DNA of 64,000 nucleotides from Limnochordia bacterium (GTDB taxonomy: Bacteria; Bacillota; Limnochordia; DTU080). The stretch spans positions 64,001 through 128,000 of the forward strand of contig JBMNJG010000003.1 of NCBI GenBank assembly GCA_050951545.1, written 5' to 3'. Shown here piece by piece: positions 56,642 to 64,000 of the stretch. A program made the position numbers and the translations under genes. Numbering within the stretch: position 1 is the first letter of the stretch; each line of letters opens with the position of its first letter. The notes under the pieces are model-generated. The model searched no databases. It was not told where the DNA came from and saw only the letters and a program-made list of their open reading frames with translations.

Positions 56642-56824
56642 CTAGGCCGATTCAACTAGCCTGCTCCTGTGCTGGTGCCCACAAGACAAGCAGCGAAGCT
56701 CCACAAAGGTAATGCCTGCAAGCTGTGGCGCCACACACTGTTTGCGCCGCTCCCGACAAGACTTAACGCCACACTCCGGACATCTAAGCCAAGTGTCAGT
56801 AATCTCGAATGTGCGTTTACGCAT
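56642..56824 (-). CDS. Small zinc-ribbon protein
   Basis: CPEC...CLSC; start MRKRTF overlaps terS stop after AAGGAGG. Confidence 0.55.
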   Translation of the reverse strand: MRKRTFEITDTWLRCPECGVKSCRERRKQCVAPQLAGITFVELRCLSCGHQHRSRLVESA

Positions 56825-57314
56825 CGCGTTCCGCCTCCTTTCGACGTGTCTCCAGCTCAGCCAAGGCCTCAGCAAGTCCTGCCGCTCGCCCCTGTGTGAG
56901 TCCTAGCTTCGCCCGTGATGCCGGGCTTAGTCCTAGACGGTCAAGGAGCTTGGCTGCCGTCTCAATCGCTTTGAGCTGCATCTCCACCACAGGACGCAGC
57001 TTCCCCTGATCGTTGACAAGTCCGTGCTGCGCTATATACTCCTCAGCTTGCATCACCTTGCGAATCGCTACCGCCGCCAGCTCCAAGGCAACCTCGTCCG
57101 CAGGTCGTAGGTGTGAGATGTTATCACCTGCAAGCAAGTCCTTGATCTGTTGCGACACTGCCTGCACCTCGGGCTGTCCCGGGTTAATAACCGTCACCCC
57201 GTGCTGGTCTCGTTTCTCTCTAAACGGTTTCAGGTTGGCCAGCGCCCGCGCCTTGCCTTCTGGCGTCTTGGGTCCGCCCTTCCCCTTGCCTTGTTTCTTG
57301 CCTAGTTGTGTCAT
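56817..57314 (-). CDS. Terminase small subunit (P27-like)
   Basis: GPKTPEGKARA N-terminal motif; GKLRPVV...LGLSPASRAKL; RBS GGAGGT. Confidence 0.78.
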   Translation of the reverse strand: MTQLGKKQGKGKGGPKTPEGKARALANLKPFREKRDQHGVTVINPGQPEVQAVSQQIKDLLAGDNISHLRPADEVALELAAVAIRKVMQAEEYIAQHGLVNDQGKLRPVVEMQLKAIETAAKLLDRLGLSPASRAKLGLTQGRAAGLAEALAELETRRKEAERDA

Positions 57315-57512
57315 GTCAGCACCTCCGATGCTCTTCTATTGGCAGTACTGTGGCAGTACGCCGTCCGTACACCGCTATTTGATGGGCTTTTTTCGCGACG
57401 TCTTAGGTGACTACTATGTGTTCGTACGCTTGTTCCCCCATGGGGAAGGCCGCCAAAACGTGCCCGCCTGCCAGCTAAGGACCTGTAGGCGCCGTCACGT
57501 TCTACTCGTGTT

Positions 57513-58055
57513 CTAGCTGCCGGGTTCTGCTCGATACGCAACGTTGTCAATCCTTTCTAATCCGTGCCCGTCGGTGAACAGTGCCCGCCCAAGGGCCGTG
57601 CAGAACCAGGTGGTATCGGGCGTGCCACCATCCACCTTCGTCACCATGACACCTGCCACAAGCAGCTTCGCCTTGATGACACTGTGTAGCTCGCCCGCTG
57701 GCAGATTCGCATCAATGACTAGCATGACTTCATCCATGGCGAAGGCTACTGTGCCATTGTCCAGGTGCTGCCGGGCCGCCGCCACGTCCCTGCATAGCGC
57801 CACCTGCTCGCCTAGTGCCGCCGAATCTAGTAACGCCCAACCCCTCGCATGGAGTTGCCGGGTAGCTTCGGCAACGTCCTCCGCTGTCGGGCCTCGAAGC
57901 AACTCCATCAATGCAGGCTTGTGGCGCCGTAGTGCTTCCCGCAGCTCGTCCGTCACCGCGCCCTGCGGGTCAGCTACCACGCGCAGCTTGTCGCCGTTTA
58001 CCGATAGCTCGATGCCACGCCGTCTACACTCCATCAGCAACTGCATGGGTGTCAT
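57513..58055 (-). CDS. TubC-N-like domain protein
   Basis: LLMECRRRGIELSVNGDKLRV...LREALRRHKPALMELL; ATGA overlap with helicase gene. Confidence 0.65.
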   Translation of the reverse strand: MTPMQLLMECRRRGIELSVNGDKLRVVADPQGAVTDELREALRRHKPALMELLRGPTAEDVAEATRQLHARGWALLDSAALGEQVALCRDVAAARQHLDNGTVAFAMDEVMLVIDANLPAGELHSVIKAKLLVAGVMVTKVDGGTPDTTWFCTALGRALFTDGHGLERIDNVAYRAEPGS

Positions 58056-59800
58056 AGCTCGAACACCTCCGAAGCCTTATTCCCCTCCGCGGCAGATAGT
58101 GTGTGTTTTCTTGCGTCAGATGTGTCAGTTGCGTCAGACATACCTTGTAAACCGCGCAACGAAGGGCTTTTCCTGTCTGACGATGTATCTGACGCAAGTA
58201 TGTTCGATGATGGGTTTGCGTCAGACGTTGCGTCAGACGCAGAAACCCCGTTGTTATCGCCTTTAGGGGCCACATCTGACGCATCTGACGTGTCTGACGC
58301 TACTTTGTGGGTACTATCTATCCTCACAAGTCGGGTCCCCTTTTTGTCGCCGGCGCGCCTGTCCAGGTCAACATTAATGCCAACCTGTCGCAAAGCCGTA
58401 GAGCTTCGCCGCAACCGGTTAGACAGACTTCGGGCCGAACCGGGCCACGTTTTGGCGTTTCGCATCTTATCGCTCGCGTGGTCCTCCAACTCATCCAATA
58501 GCTCCGTCATGGTGCCCTCGAAGCCGTCCGGTTTGTGCTTCAAAAGCTCACACACCGTGAATGCTACTGCGTCACTTTCGATGCCAAGATCTACGGCCTC
58601 GGCGCGGTTCTCGGCATACGCCTTAAGCGCTGTGCCCTCGGGCCACCCGAAAGCCTCTTCTGCTGCCGTTGCCCACACCGCAAAGTCAGCCATGCGCGGC
58701 TTGCGCGGCAGGTGGACAGAATCCACTCGCCGCAGCGCGGTCGATACGCCATCAAGCAACGCACCAAACACCCGCGGGCGAACAAGCTCCCAATCTCGCC
58801 AGAAAGTTGCCTCGGTTTTCCTCTCAGCATCGGGTATGGGTGGCAGAACCAAATTTAGCGAACGGTCTGCTAAGTCATGACGGGTTGCAATGTCGTCAAT
58901 GCCGTTAAGAATCACGGGCCGCTGGTAGTCGAACAGGGCTTCTTCGCTGTCTGTGTACAGCTCACGCGTTGCGAATCCGCCGCCCGTTGCCACGCGACAG
59001 ATAGCATCCGACAACCACACAGGAACACCCGACAAGTTGTCCAAACAGACCAACCAAGCGTTACTAGCATGAATCGCCAAATCCCGTTCGTTGCGCGGCG
59101 CCGTTCTAAGGGGTACGCTCGATGGGTCAATCAACGAAACCAATACCCGCGCCGTTATGCTTTTTCCCGAACCCTGTTCGCCTAGCAGAATCCATACAGC
59201 GTAGGGGCCGGTAGGTCGGTAGCACGAAACTAGCCCAGACACCACCAATACCCTTTGTCCTTCGTCGGGTATGTTGACGAAAGGCCACAGCTCATCGATG
59301 CTCCCGCCCGCCACAGGGTGAGGAAGGGGCGCCATGCCCCGCCCGCGCCGAAAGCGCACAGGAGGGTTAGATATGACTCGCCAACCTGTAGCGGTCACCT
59401 CTACCGCCTCCCAAGCATCGTTAGCCAAGTCAATATATATGCACCCCTGCGCCTCGCCCACGCGGATAAAGACGTTGTGCTGTTCGCCTTTGTAGCAAGC
59501 AATCGCAGTAATGGTGTTGCGCGCATCGGTCATCGCCTGCGAAGACGGGCCGTTCTCGTGCTGTTCGTAATATGTCGCCTCTAGCCATCGCCTAAAGCCG
59601 CTAGACATCACGGGCCAATGTTCCCGATGCTCATCACAAGTTACAGTCGCCCAAGGCTCGAAGTCCTGCGTGTGCCATAGCTCCGCTGTCTTGGCAATCT
59701 CAATCAGCAGTTCCCTTTGAGTAGGCTTGCCCTTCGCGGATTCGTCGTCTTGCTGCTCCTTCGCTTTGGCCAATGCATCCAGTCCGTCCAGCTCTTGCAT
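58052..59800 (-). CDS. Replication ATPase/helicase of phage-satellite type
   Basis: Walker A GEQGSGKS, LDNLS, RELYTDSEE, DLADR; repetitive SDASD tail. Confidence 0.75.
   Translation of the reverse strand: MQELDGLDALAKAKEQQDDESAKGKPTQRELLIEIAKTAELWHTQDFEPWATVTCDEHREHWPVMSSGFRRWLEATYYEQHENGPSSQAMTDARNTITAIACYKGEQHNVFIRVGEAQGCIYIDLANDAWEAVEVTATGWRVISNPPVRFRRGRGMAPLPHPVAGGSIDELWPFVNIPDEGQRVLVVSGLVSCYRPTGPYAVWILLGEQGSGKSITARVLVSLIDPSSVPLRTAPRNERDLAIHASNAWLVCLDNLSGVPVWLSDAICRVATGGGFATRELYTDSEEALFDYQRPVILNGIDDIATRHDLADRSLNLVLPPIPDAERKTEATFWRDWELVRPRVFGALLDGVSTALRRVDSVHLPRKPRMADFAVWATAAEEAFGWPEGTALKAYAENRAEAVDLGIESDAVAFTVCELLKHKPDGFEGTMTELLDELEDHASDKMRNAKTWPGSARSLSNRLRRSSTALRQVGINVDLDRRAGDKKGTRLVRIDSTHKVASDTSDASDVAPKGDNNGVSASDATSDANPSSNILASDTSSDRKSPSLRGLQGMSDATDTSDARKHTLSAAEGNKASEVFEL
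58115..58298. repeat. Dyad-symmetric array of 10 GTCAG(A) iterons (putative origin)
   Basis: 3 forward, 2 reverse, 2 forward, 3 reverse copies, mirrored around 58206/58207. Confidence 0.8.
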
Positions 59801-60297
59801 CACGCCACCCCCTCTGCATGGCGTTTGGCGACCCAATTGACGATGCCAAGCACCTCATATGCAGGAACAGGTGGCTCACATCGCATCCATGCCCACGCAA
59901 CCACCAATGCCGCCGTAACGTATGGGTCGACACCTCGGGCCAGTAGACTTCCGCTCAGAGATCGAATCGTCTTGTAACGGTCATCGCCCGTAGCTCCTAG
60001 AATGACATGCCGCCTCCAACCGTCAAGAGGGGAATGCAACTCCAGCGCTAGGGGAACAGGTTGCCGTCTTGGTTCATCGGGTTCACCCGCCGCTGTGATC
60101 GCCGCCGTGATAAGCTGCTCCAGCTCTTTATCGCCTAGAAGAAGGCCATGCTGTTGCTCTAGCTCAGTGAGAATTTCGCGCAAAATAGGCCGCGGTACGA
60201 AATACCGGGCCAGGCATTCAGCCACATGGATAAGGCGCTGCTTACCGTCCTTCCGGGCCGTCTCGCTAGAGCCGGTCTCCTCGCGCAGCAGGTCCAT
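59800..60297 (-). CDS. Primase C-terminal (PriCT-1-like) domain protein
   Basis: SLSGSLLARG...RCEPPVPAYEVLGIV; no polymerase domain seen. Confidence 0.6.
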   Translation of the reverse strand: MDLLREETGSSETARKDGKQRLIHVAECLARYFVPRPILREILTELEQQHGLLLGDKELEQLITAAITAAGEPDEPRRQPVPLALELHSPLDGWRRHVILGATGDDRYKTIRSLSGSLLARGVDPYVTAALVVAWAWMRCEPPVPAYEVLGIVNWVAKRHAEGVA

Positions 60298-60477
60298 GAC
60301 TACCCGTTCAGCTACGGGTTCAGGTGCGCCGTTGTCGCAGCATGGCCGCGAATAAGCGCACATTCGCCTTCGCCTGTGGTAAACTGGTGGTGTGTCGCTG
60401 TCTCCACATGAAGGCACCTCCTGGCGCCACCGTTACCGCGGTGGCGCTCTGTCGTTGTTGTCGTTGTCAACAATGCA

Positions 60478-60690
60478 CTAACCATCACACTGCACCAACC
60501 CTCTGGCAGCCAACTCCACCAAGGCTTTCCTTGGGACTCGCCGGGAATTGCCGATCTTGACGTAAACCAACTCACCACTAGACATAAGCTGGTAAACCCT
60601 GGTCCGCCCAAACCCCAGCCACTCGCACGCCTCGTTCACCGTCATCAGTCCGTCTGACAAAAGAGCTTCCGTTCCTTTCTGCGCCTTCAT
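60478..60690 (-). CDS. Excisionase / HTH_17 DNA-binding protein
   Basis: LMTVNEACEWLGFGRTRVYQLMSSGEL..VKIGNSRRVP; RBS AGGAGGGG. Confidence 0.85.
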   Translation of the reverse strand: MKAQKGTEALLSDGLMTVNEACEWLGFGRTRVYQLMSSGELVYVKIGNSRRVPRKALVELAARGLVQCDG

Positions 60691-60818
60691 TATGGATAAC
60701 CCCCTCCTGTTACGTGTTGGTATGCGTTCACCATAACACACATGGACAAATTAGGCAACATGTGTTACTGTGTTTTTAGCGTAACGGCAACACCATTCAG
60801 CGATAGGAGAGGATTGCC

Positions 60819-61770
60819 ATGCCGAATGAACCTGTGTTCTTTGCCTGGAGTGTGCCTACGAGCGGCTACAAGTGGACCGACGCCAAGACGGTGGAAGGGA
60901 GAACCGGGCCGTTTTCTGATAGCACACCGGAATGTGACCGGAAAAGTCAAACGTTACCAGCCACTGCAACTGCACTCAGCGCTTTTTCGGTCGTTTGCGG
61001 ACATCACACCAGACAGAGGACGACATCCTGCTCATTTGCTAATGAGTACGGAAGGCTTACTGCACCGGGCGAGATGCTTATAGTGCCATCGGAAAGGAGC
61101 CCCAGAGAAGGCACCCTCGATGCCGGGGAACCGCTCTCGTTGTGGGTGTCTGAAATTGCTGATATGAACCAAGCGCTTACCTTGTGGGATATGGCGCAGG
61201 ACCGCGATGTTACTGGCCTTAGCGATTTCATTCACTGGTCAGGGAACAGTGTGCATTACGATAGTGGGCCAGGGCTAGAACGAACCACCAGGACCGTTGC
61301 ACACCTTGACGAGGAACCCCGCCTGAGTCGGTATTCTGCTGCATGGTGATCTTGTTACCCCCGCCCTCTTCCAGGTCCAACACGTTGTAAACCAGCACCT
61401 TGAAGGGCGACTATCGCCAAAGGTACTTTGGGACACAGACTATACGCACTTGAACCTGCACTTCATGCCGGAATCGCTCATAGGCGCCCTTTGGCTGCAG
61501 TTCGCCCAAGCCATTGACGGCAACAAGACTTACCGCCGTTGTGACGAATGCCGGGCATGGTTTGAGCTTTCGCCGGAGGTAGCGCGCACAACCAAACGCT
61601 TCTGCTCAAATGCCTGTAGGGTAAAGGCCTACCGCAACCGTAAAGCTACCGCCCGCCAACTCCATAGCAAAGGGGTTCGGATTGAAGAAATAGCTACCCG
61701 CCTTGACTCCGATCCTGAAACGGTTGCAGGTTGGGTATCCGACACTGAAGGTAACACAAAGGAGGAATGA
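60819..61770 (+). CDS. CGNR-type zinc-finger regulator with C-terminal HTH; frameshifted near 60914, 61020 and 61330
   Basis: Joined frames give LFRSFA..FANEYG..GEPLSLW..PESLIGALWLQF..CDEC..FCSNACRVKAYR. Confidence 0.65.
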
Positions 61771-61774
61771 CGGC

Positions 61775-62959
61775 ATGGCAGCCAAGAAGGGGCAAGGTTC
61801 TGTGAGATTCCGGGCTGACAAGGGCCTTTGGTGTGGCCAAGTCAGTCTAGGGTACCGCACAGACCAAGCGGAAAGCGCACGGTTCGTAAGACGTTTTACG
61901 GCAAGACTCAGCAGGAAGTACTCGATGCCATGGCGCGCCTGCAGGGCGACATTCTAGCAGGCAAGCCGATCCCCAACGACAGGCTTACCGTGAAGCAGCA
62001 CTTTGAAGACTGGTTGCGCTCCAAGAAAGCTGGCGTCGCCAGGAGCACCTATACGCAGTACGAAGGGCATGTTCAGACTCACATTATCCCTTCCTTGGGA
62101 CGTATCAAACTGAAGGACTTGGATTACCGCCGCATAAACGCCTTCTACGATGAGCTACACAACCGGGAAGACAAACTCGCCCCGCGCACCATCTACGACA
62201 TTGGCGCCATCCTACGCTCAGGACTTGAAGACGCAGTGCGCAAAGGGCTTGTACCCTCCAATCAAGGGAAACTGGCTGCAAAGCTCAGTAGGGGAGACAA
62301 GGAAGCTCGCTTTCTCAACCCCCAGGAGCTGGCCAGCTTCCTCGAAGCCTGCAAGGGCGAACGTCTAGAGAATGCATTCATTCTAGCCATCAATACCGGT
62401 ATGCGTCCCGGCGAATGGCTTGGCCTGTCGTGGGATGCCGTCGATCTGCAACAGGGAAAGCTCACTGTCAGGCAAGCGCTTCACGAAGTCTCGGGGAAGG
62501 TATATCTGGGCGACGTGAAAACGAAGGCCAGCAGGAGAACCATCTCTTTGCCGAAGGACGCCGTTCAAGCATTGCGCCGACAACGCAAGCATCAGACTCG
62601 AAGAGCAGCTTGCCTCTGGTGGCAGATGGGTCAATGAAGAGAACCTAGTCTTCACCGATACCCAAGGCGGTCTCCTACGCCGCACCAACGTATCTAAACG
62701 TGATATGAAGCGCATCGTCCGCCGTGCCGATCTCGAAGACGCAACACTGCACACCTTCCGCCATACTCACGCCAGCCTGCTGATCGCCGCAGGTGTCGAC
62801 ATCAAGACAATCTCCCGACGCCTGGGCCATGAGAATATCACGATCACGCTTCAGACCTACGGCCACTTGATGCCGGGCCAAGACGAACGGGCCGCCGACG
62901 TGATGGATACCATTCTCGCCGGGCTGCCATCTGTACCTCCCATGGCCTCCCGCCTCTAG
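61775..62959 (+). CDS. Tyrosine integrase (Tn916/ICEBs1-like); frameshifts near 61860 and 62597
   Basis: Arm-binding N-terminus (GQGSVRFR..W..RKTFYGKT), TGMRPGE, KT, HTFRH, LGH, TYGH. Confidence 0.9.
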
Positions 62960-63010
62960 CTACCAAAACCTAATGGCAGTACAATGGCAGTACAGAAGCA
63001 ACAAATGCTG

Positions 63011-63035
63011 AAAGCCCTACCGCTTGGTAGGGCTT
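63011..63035 (-). terminator. Element-supplied terminator for the reconstituted tRNA
   Basis: AAGCCCTACC-GCTT-GGTAGGGCTT. Confidence 0.7.
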
Positions 63036-63050
63036 CTAGCTGCTGTTTTC

Positions 63051-63127
63051 TGGTGGGGAAGCACGGACTCGAACCGTGGACCTCCACGATGTCAACGTGG
63101 CGATCTAACCAACTGATCTACTTCCCC
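63051..63127 (-). tRNA. tRNA-Val(GAC), integration target
   Basis: GGGGAAG..CCACG TTGACAT CGTGG..CACGG TTCGAGT CCGTG CTTCCCC ACCA. Confidence 0.95.
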
Positions 63128-63161
63128 ACGTCTTTCCTCACATTACTGTGTTGGAGATATA

Positions 63162-63236
63162 TGGAGGCGGCACCCAGATTCGAACTGGGGAATAGAGGTT
63201 TTGCAGACCTCCGCCTTACCACTTGGCTATGCCGCC
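63162..63236 (-). tRNA. tRNA-Cys(GCA)
   Basis: GGCGGCATAGCCAAG..GAGGT CTGCAAA ACCTC..GTTCGAAT..TCCA. Confidence 0.96.
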
Positions 63237-63258
63237 CAATAGCATCAGACGCATACAA

Positions 63259-63287
63259 AGTATATGTCAGGTACACAGCGGTGTCAA
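63259..63287 (-). promoter_or_regulatory. SigmaA promoter of the tRNA-Cys/tRNA-Val pair
   Basis: TTGACA-N17-TATACT. Confidence 0.8.
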
Positions 63288-63425
63288 GGCCCTCCCAGGA
63301 AATCGTGTTACGCTGATCGTGCATGTCGACGGCCAACCACACGCACTCACCTCAAAAGGAGGGTTTGGACAGGTTCCACTGGATCCATAGCGAATCAATC
63401 GCTTAATGCGAGGAGGTTTCAGAGG

Positions 63426-64000
63426 ATGAACCACTATAACACGCCAGCTGAGATCGGCGCGATGATGTTGACCACCAGTGAGAAGAAGGCCAACATGGCG
63501 CTTCGTGACCTCATAGTCCTAGGTATCTTGGCAGGTGCCTATGTAGCTATGGCCGGTAATCTGTCGACTGTCGTCACAGCTGATTTGGGCCAATACGTGG
63601 GAGCCGGACTAAGCAAGTTCCTTGCCGGAAGCGTCTTCTCCATGGGTCTGACCCTGGTCGTCATCGGAGGCGGCGAGCTTTTCACCGGAAATGCACTCAT
63701 GATCATAGGCCTGCTATCTAAGCGGATCACCGCAAGACAGCTTGTAAGAAACTGGATAGTGGTTTACCTCGCCAACTTCCTGGGATCACTCGTAGTCGCC
63801 GCACTAGTCTATCTTTCGGGACTCTGGAAGACCGAAGGAGGCTTAGTAGGTGCTAGATTCGCCTTAACTGCCCATGCCAAAGTAAGCCTACCTTTCGTAG
63901 CCGCCATGGTGCGAGGGGTCTTTGCGAATTGGCTGGTGTGTCTCGGCGTATGGCTCGCCATGGCCAGCCGGGATGTGGCTGGCAAGATCCTCGCCATCTA
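63426..64000 (+). CDS. Formate/nitrite transporter (FNT family), runs off window
   Basis: Not in ORF track; LGILAGAYVA, GGELFTGN, YLANFLG, RGVFANWLVCLGVW; RBS AGGAGG. Confidence 0.9.
   Translation, partial: MNHYNTPAEIGAMMLTTSEKKANMALRDLIVLGILAGAYVAMAGNLSTVVTADLGQYVGAGLSKFLAGSVFSMGLTLVVIGGGELFTGNALMIIGLLSKRITARQLVRNWIVVYLANFLGSLVVAALVYLSGLWKTEGGLVGARFALTAHAKVSLPFVAAMVRGVFANWLVCLGVWLAMASRDVAGKILAI

Larger units (their letters stand above)
52755..63096. mobile_element. ~10.3-kb integrated phage-satellite-like element in tRNA-Val(GAC)
   Basis: Flanking att repeats, tyrosine integrase next to the tRNA, xis/PriCT/helicase and terS/terL modules. Confidence 0.9.

Noticed and set aside
57311-57550. 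79-aa minus-strand ORF upstream of terS
   Set aside because: No recognisable motif; it overlaps the upstream gene and merely reads through the repeat site.
57544-58880. Long plus-strand ORFs (240 and 259 aa) opposite the helicase
   Set aside because: Antisense shadows of GC-rich coding sequence and the symmetric iteron array.
52924-62993. CRISPR interpretation of the TGGCAGTAC or GTCAGA repeats
   Set aside because: Units too short, no repeat-spacer periodicity, and no cas genes in the window.

Overview
64-kb chromosomal window (estimated ~58-60% GC) from a Bacillota member. It is probably a spore former (ytxC, sigmaE/sigmaG-like promoters); the many orphan sugar-binding proteins are reminiscent of Limnochordia, which is inference only. 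1-27 kb is an accessory catabolic region: amidohydrolases, four orphan ABC sugar-binding protein genes or fragments, a DUF4912 + GH57-GT4 fusion operon, a degenerate Xer-like recombinase, CoA-disulfide reductase-rhodanese, GH20, an M20 peptidase, a DUF4091 protein, a PIN toxin-antitoxin pair, IS256 relics and an intact IS21 with a CTATA target duplication. 27-32.8 kb is a complete minus-strand rRNA operon (16S-tRNA-Ile-23S-5S). 33-52.7 kb is core housekeeping: PBP1A, mutS2, polX, zapA, pheST and thrS with T-boxes, rpmI-rplT without infC, ytxC and a heparinase-like gene. 52.8-63.1 kb is a ~10.3-kb phage-satellite-like element integrated in tRNA-Val(GAC). It encodes an integrase, a CGNR protein, an excisionase, PriCT, a helicase with a perfectly dyad-symmetric iteron array, TerS, TerL and a scaffold-like protein, but no recognisable capsid or portal. 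An exact copy of its putative integrase arm site lies in front of terS. Family calls come from motif recognition by eye, not database searches. Several frameshifts may be sequencing indels.
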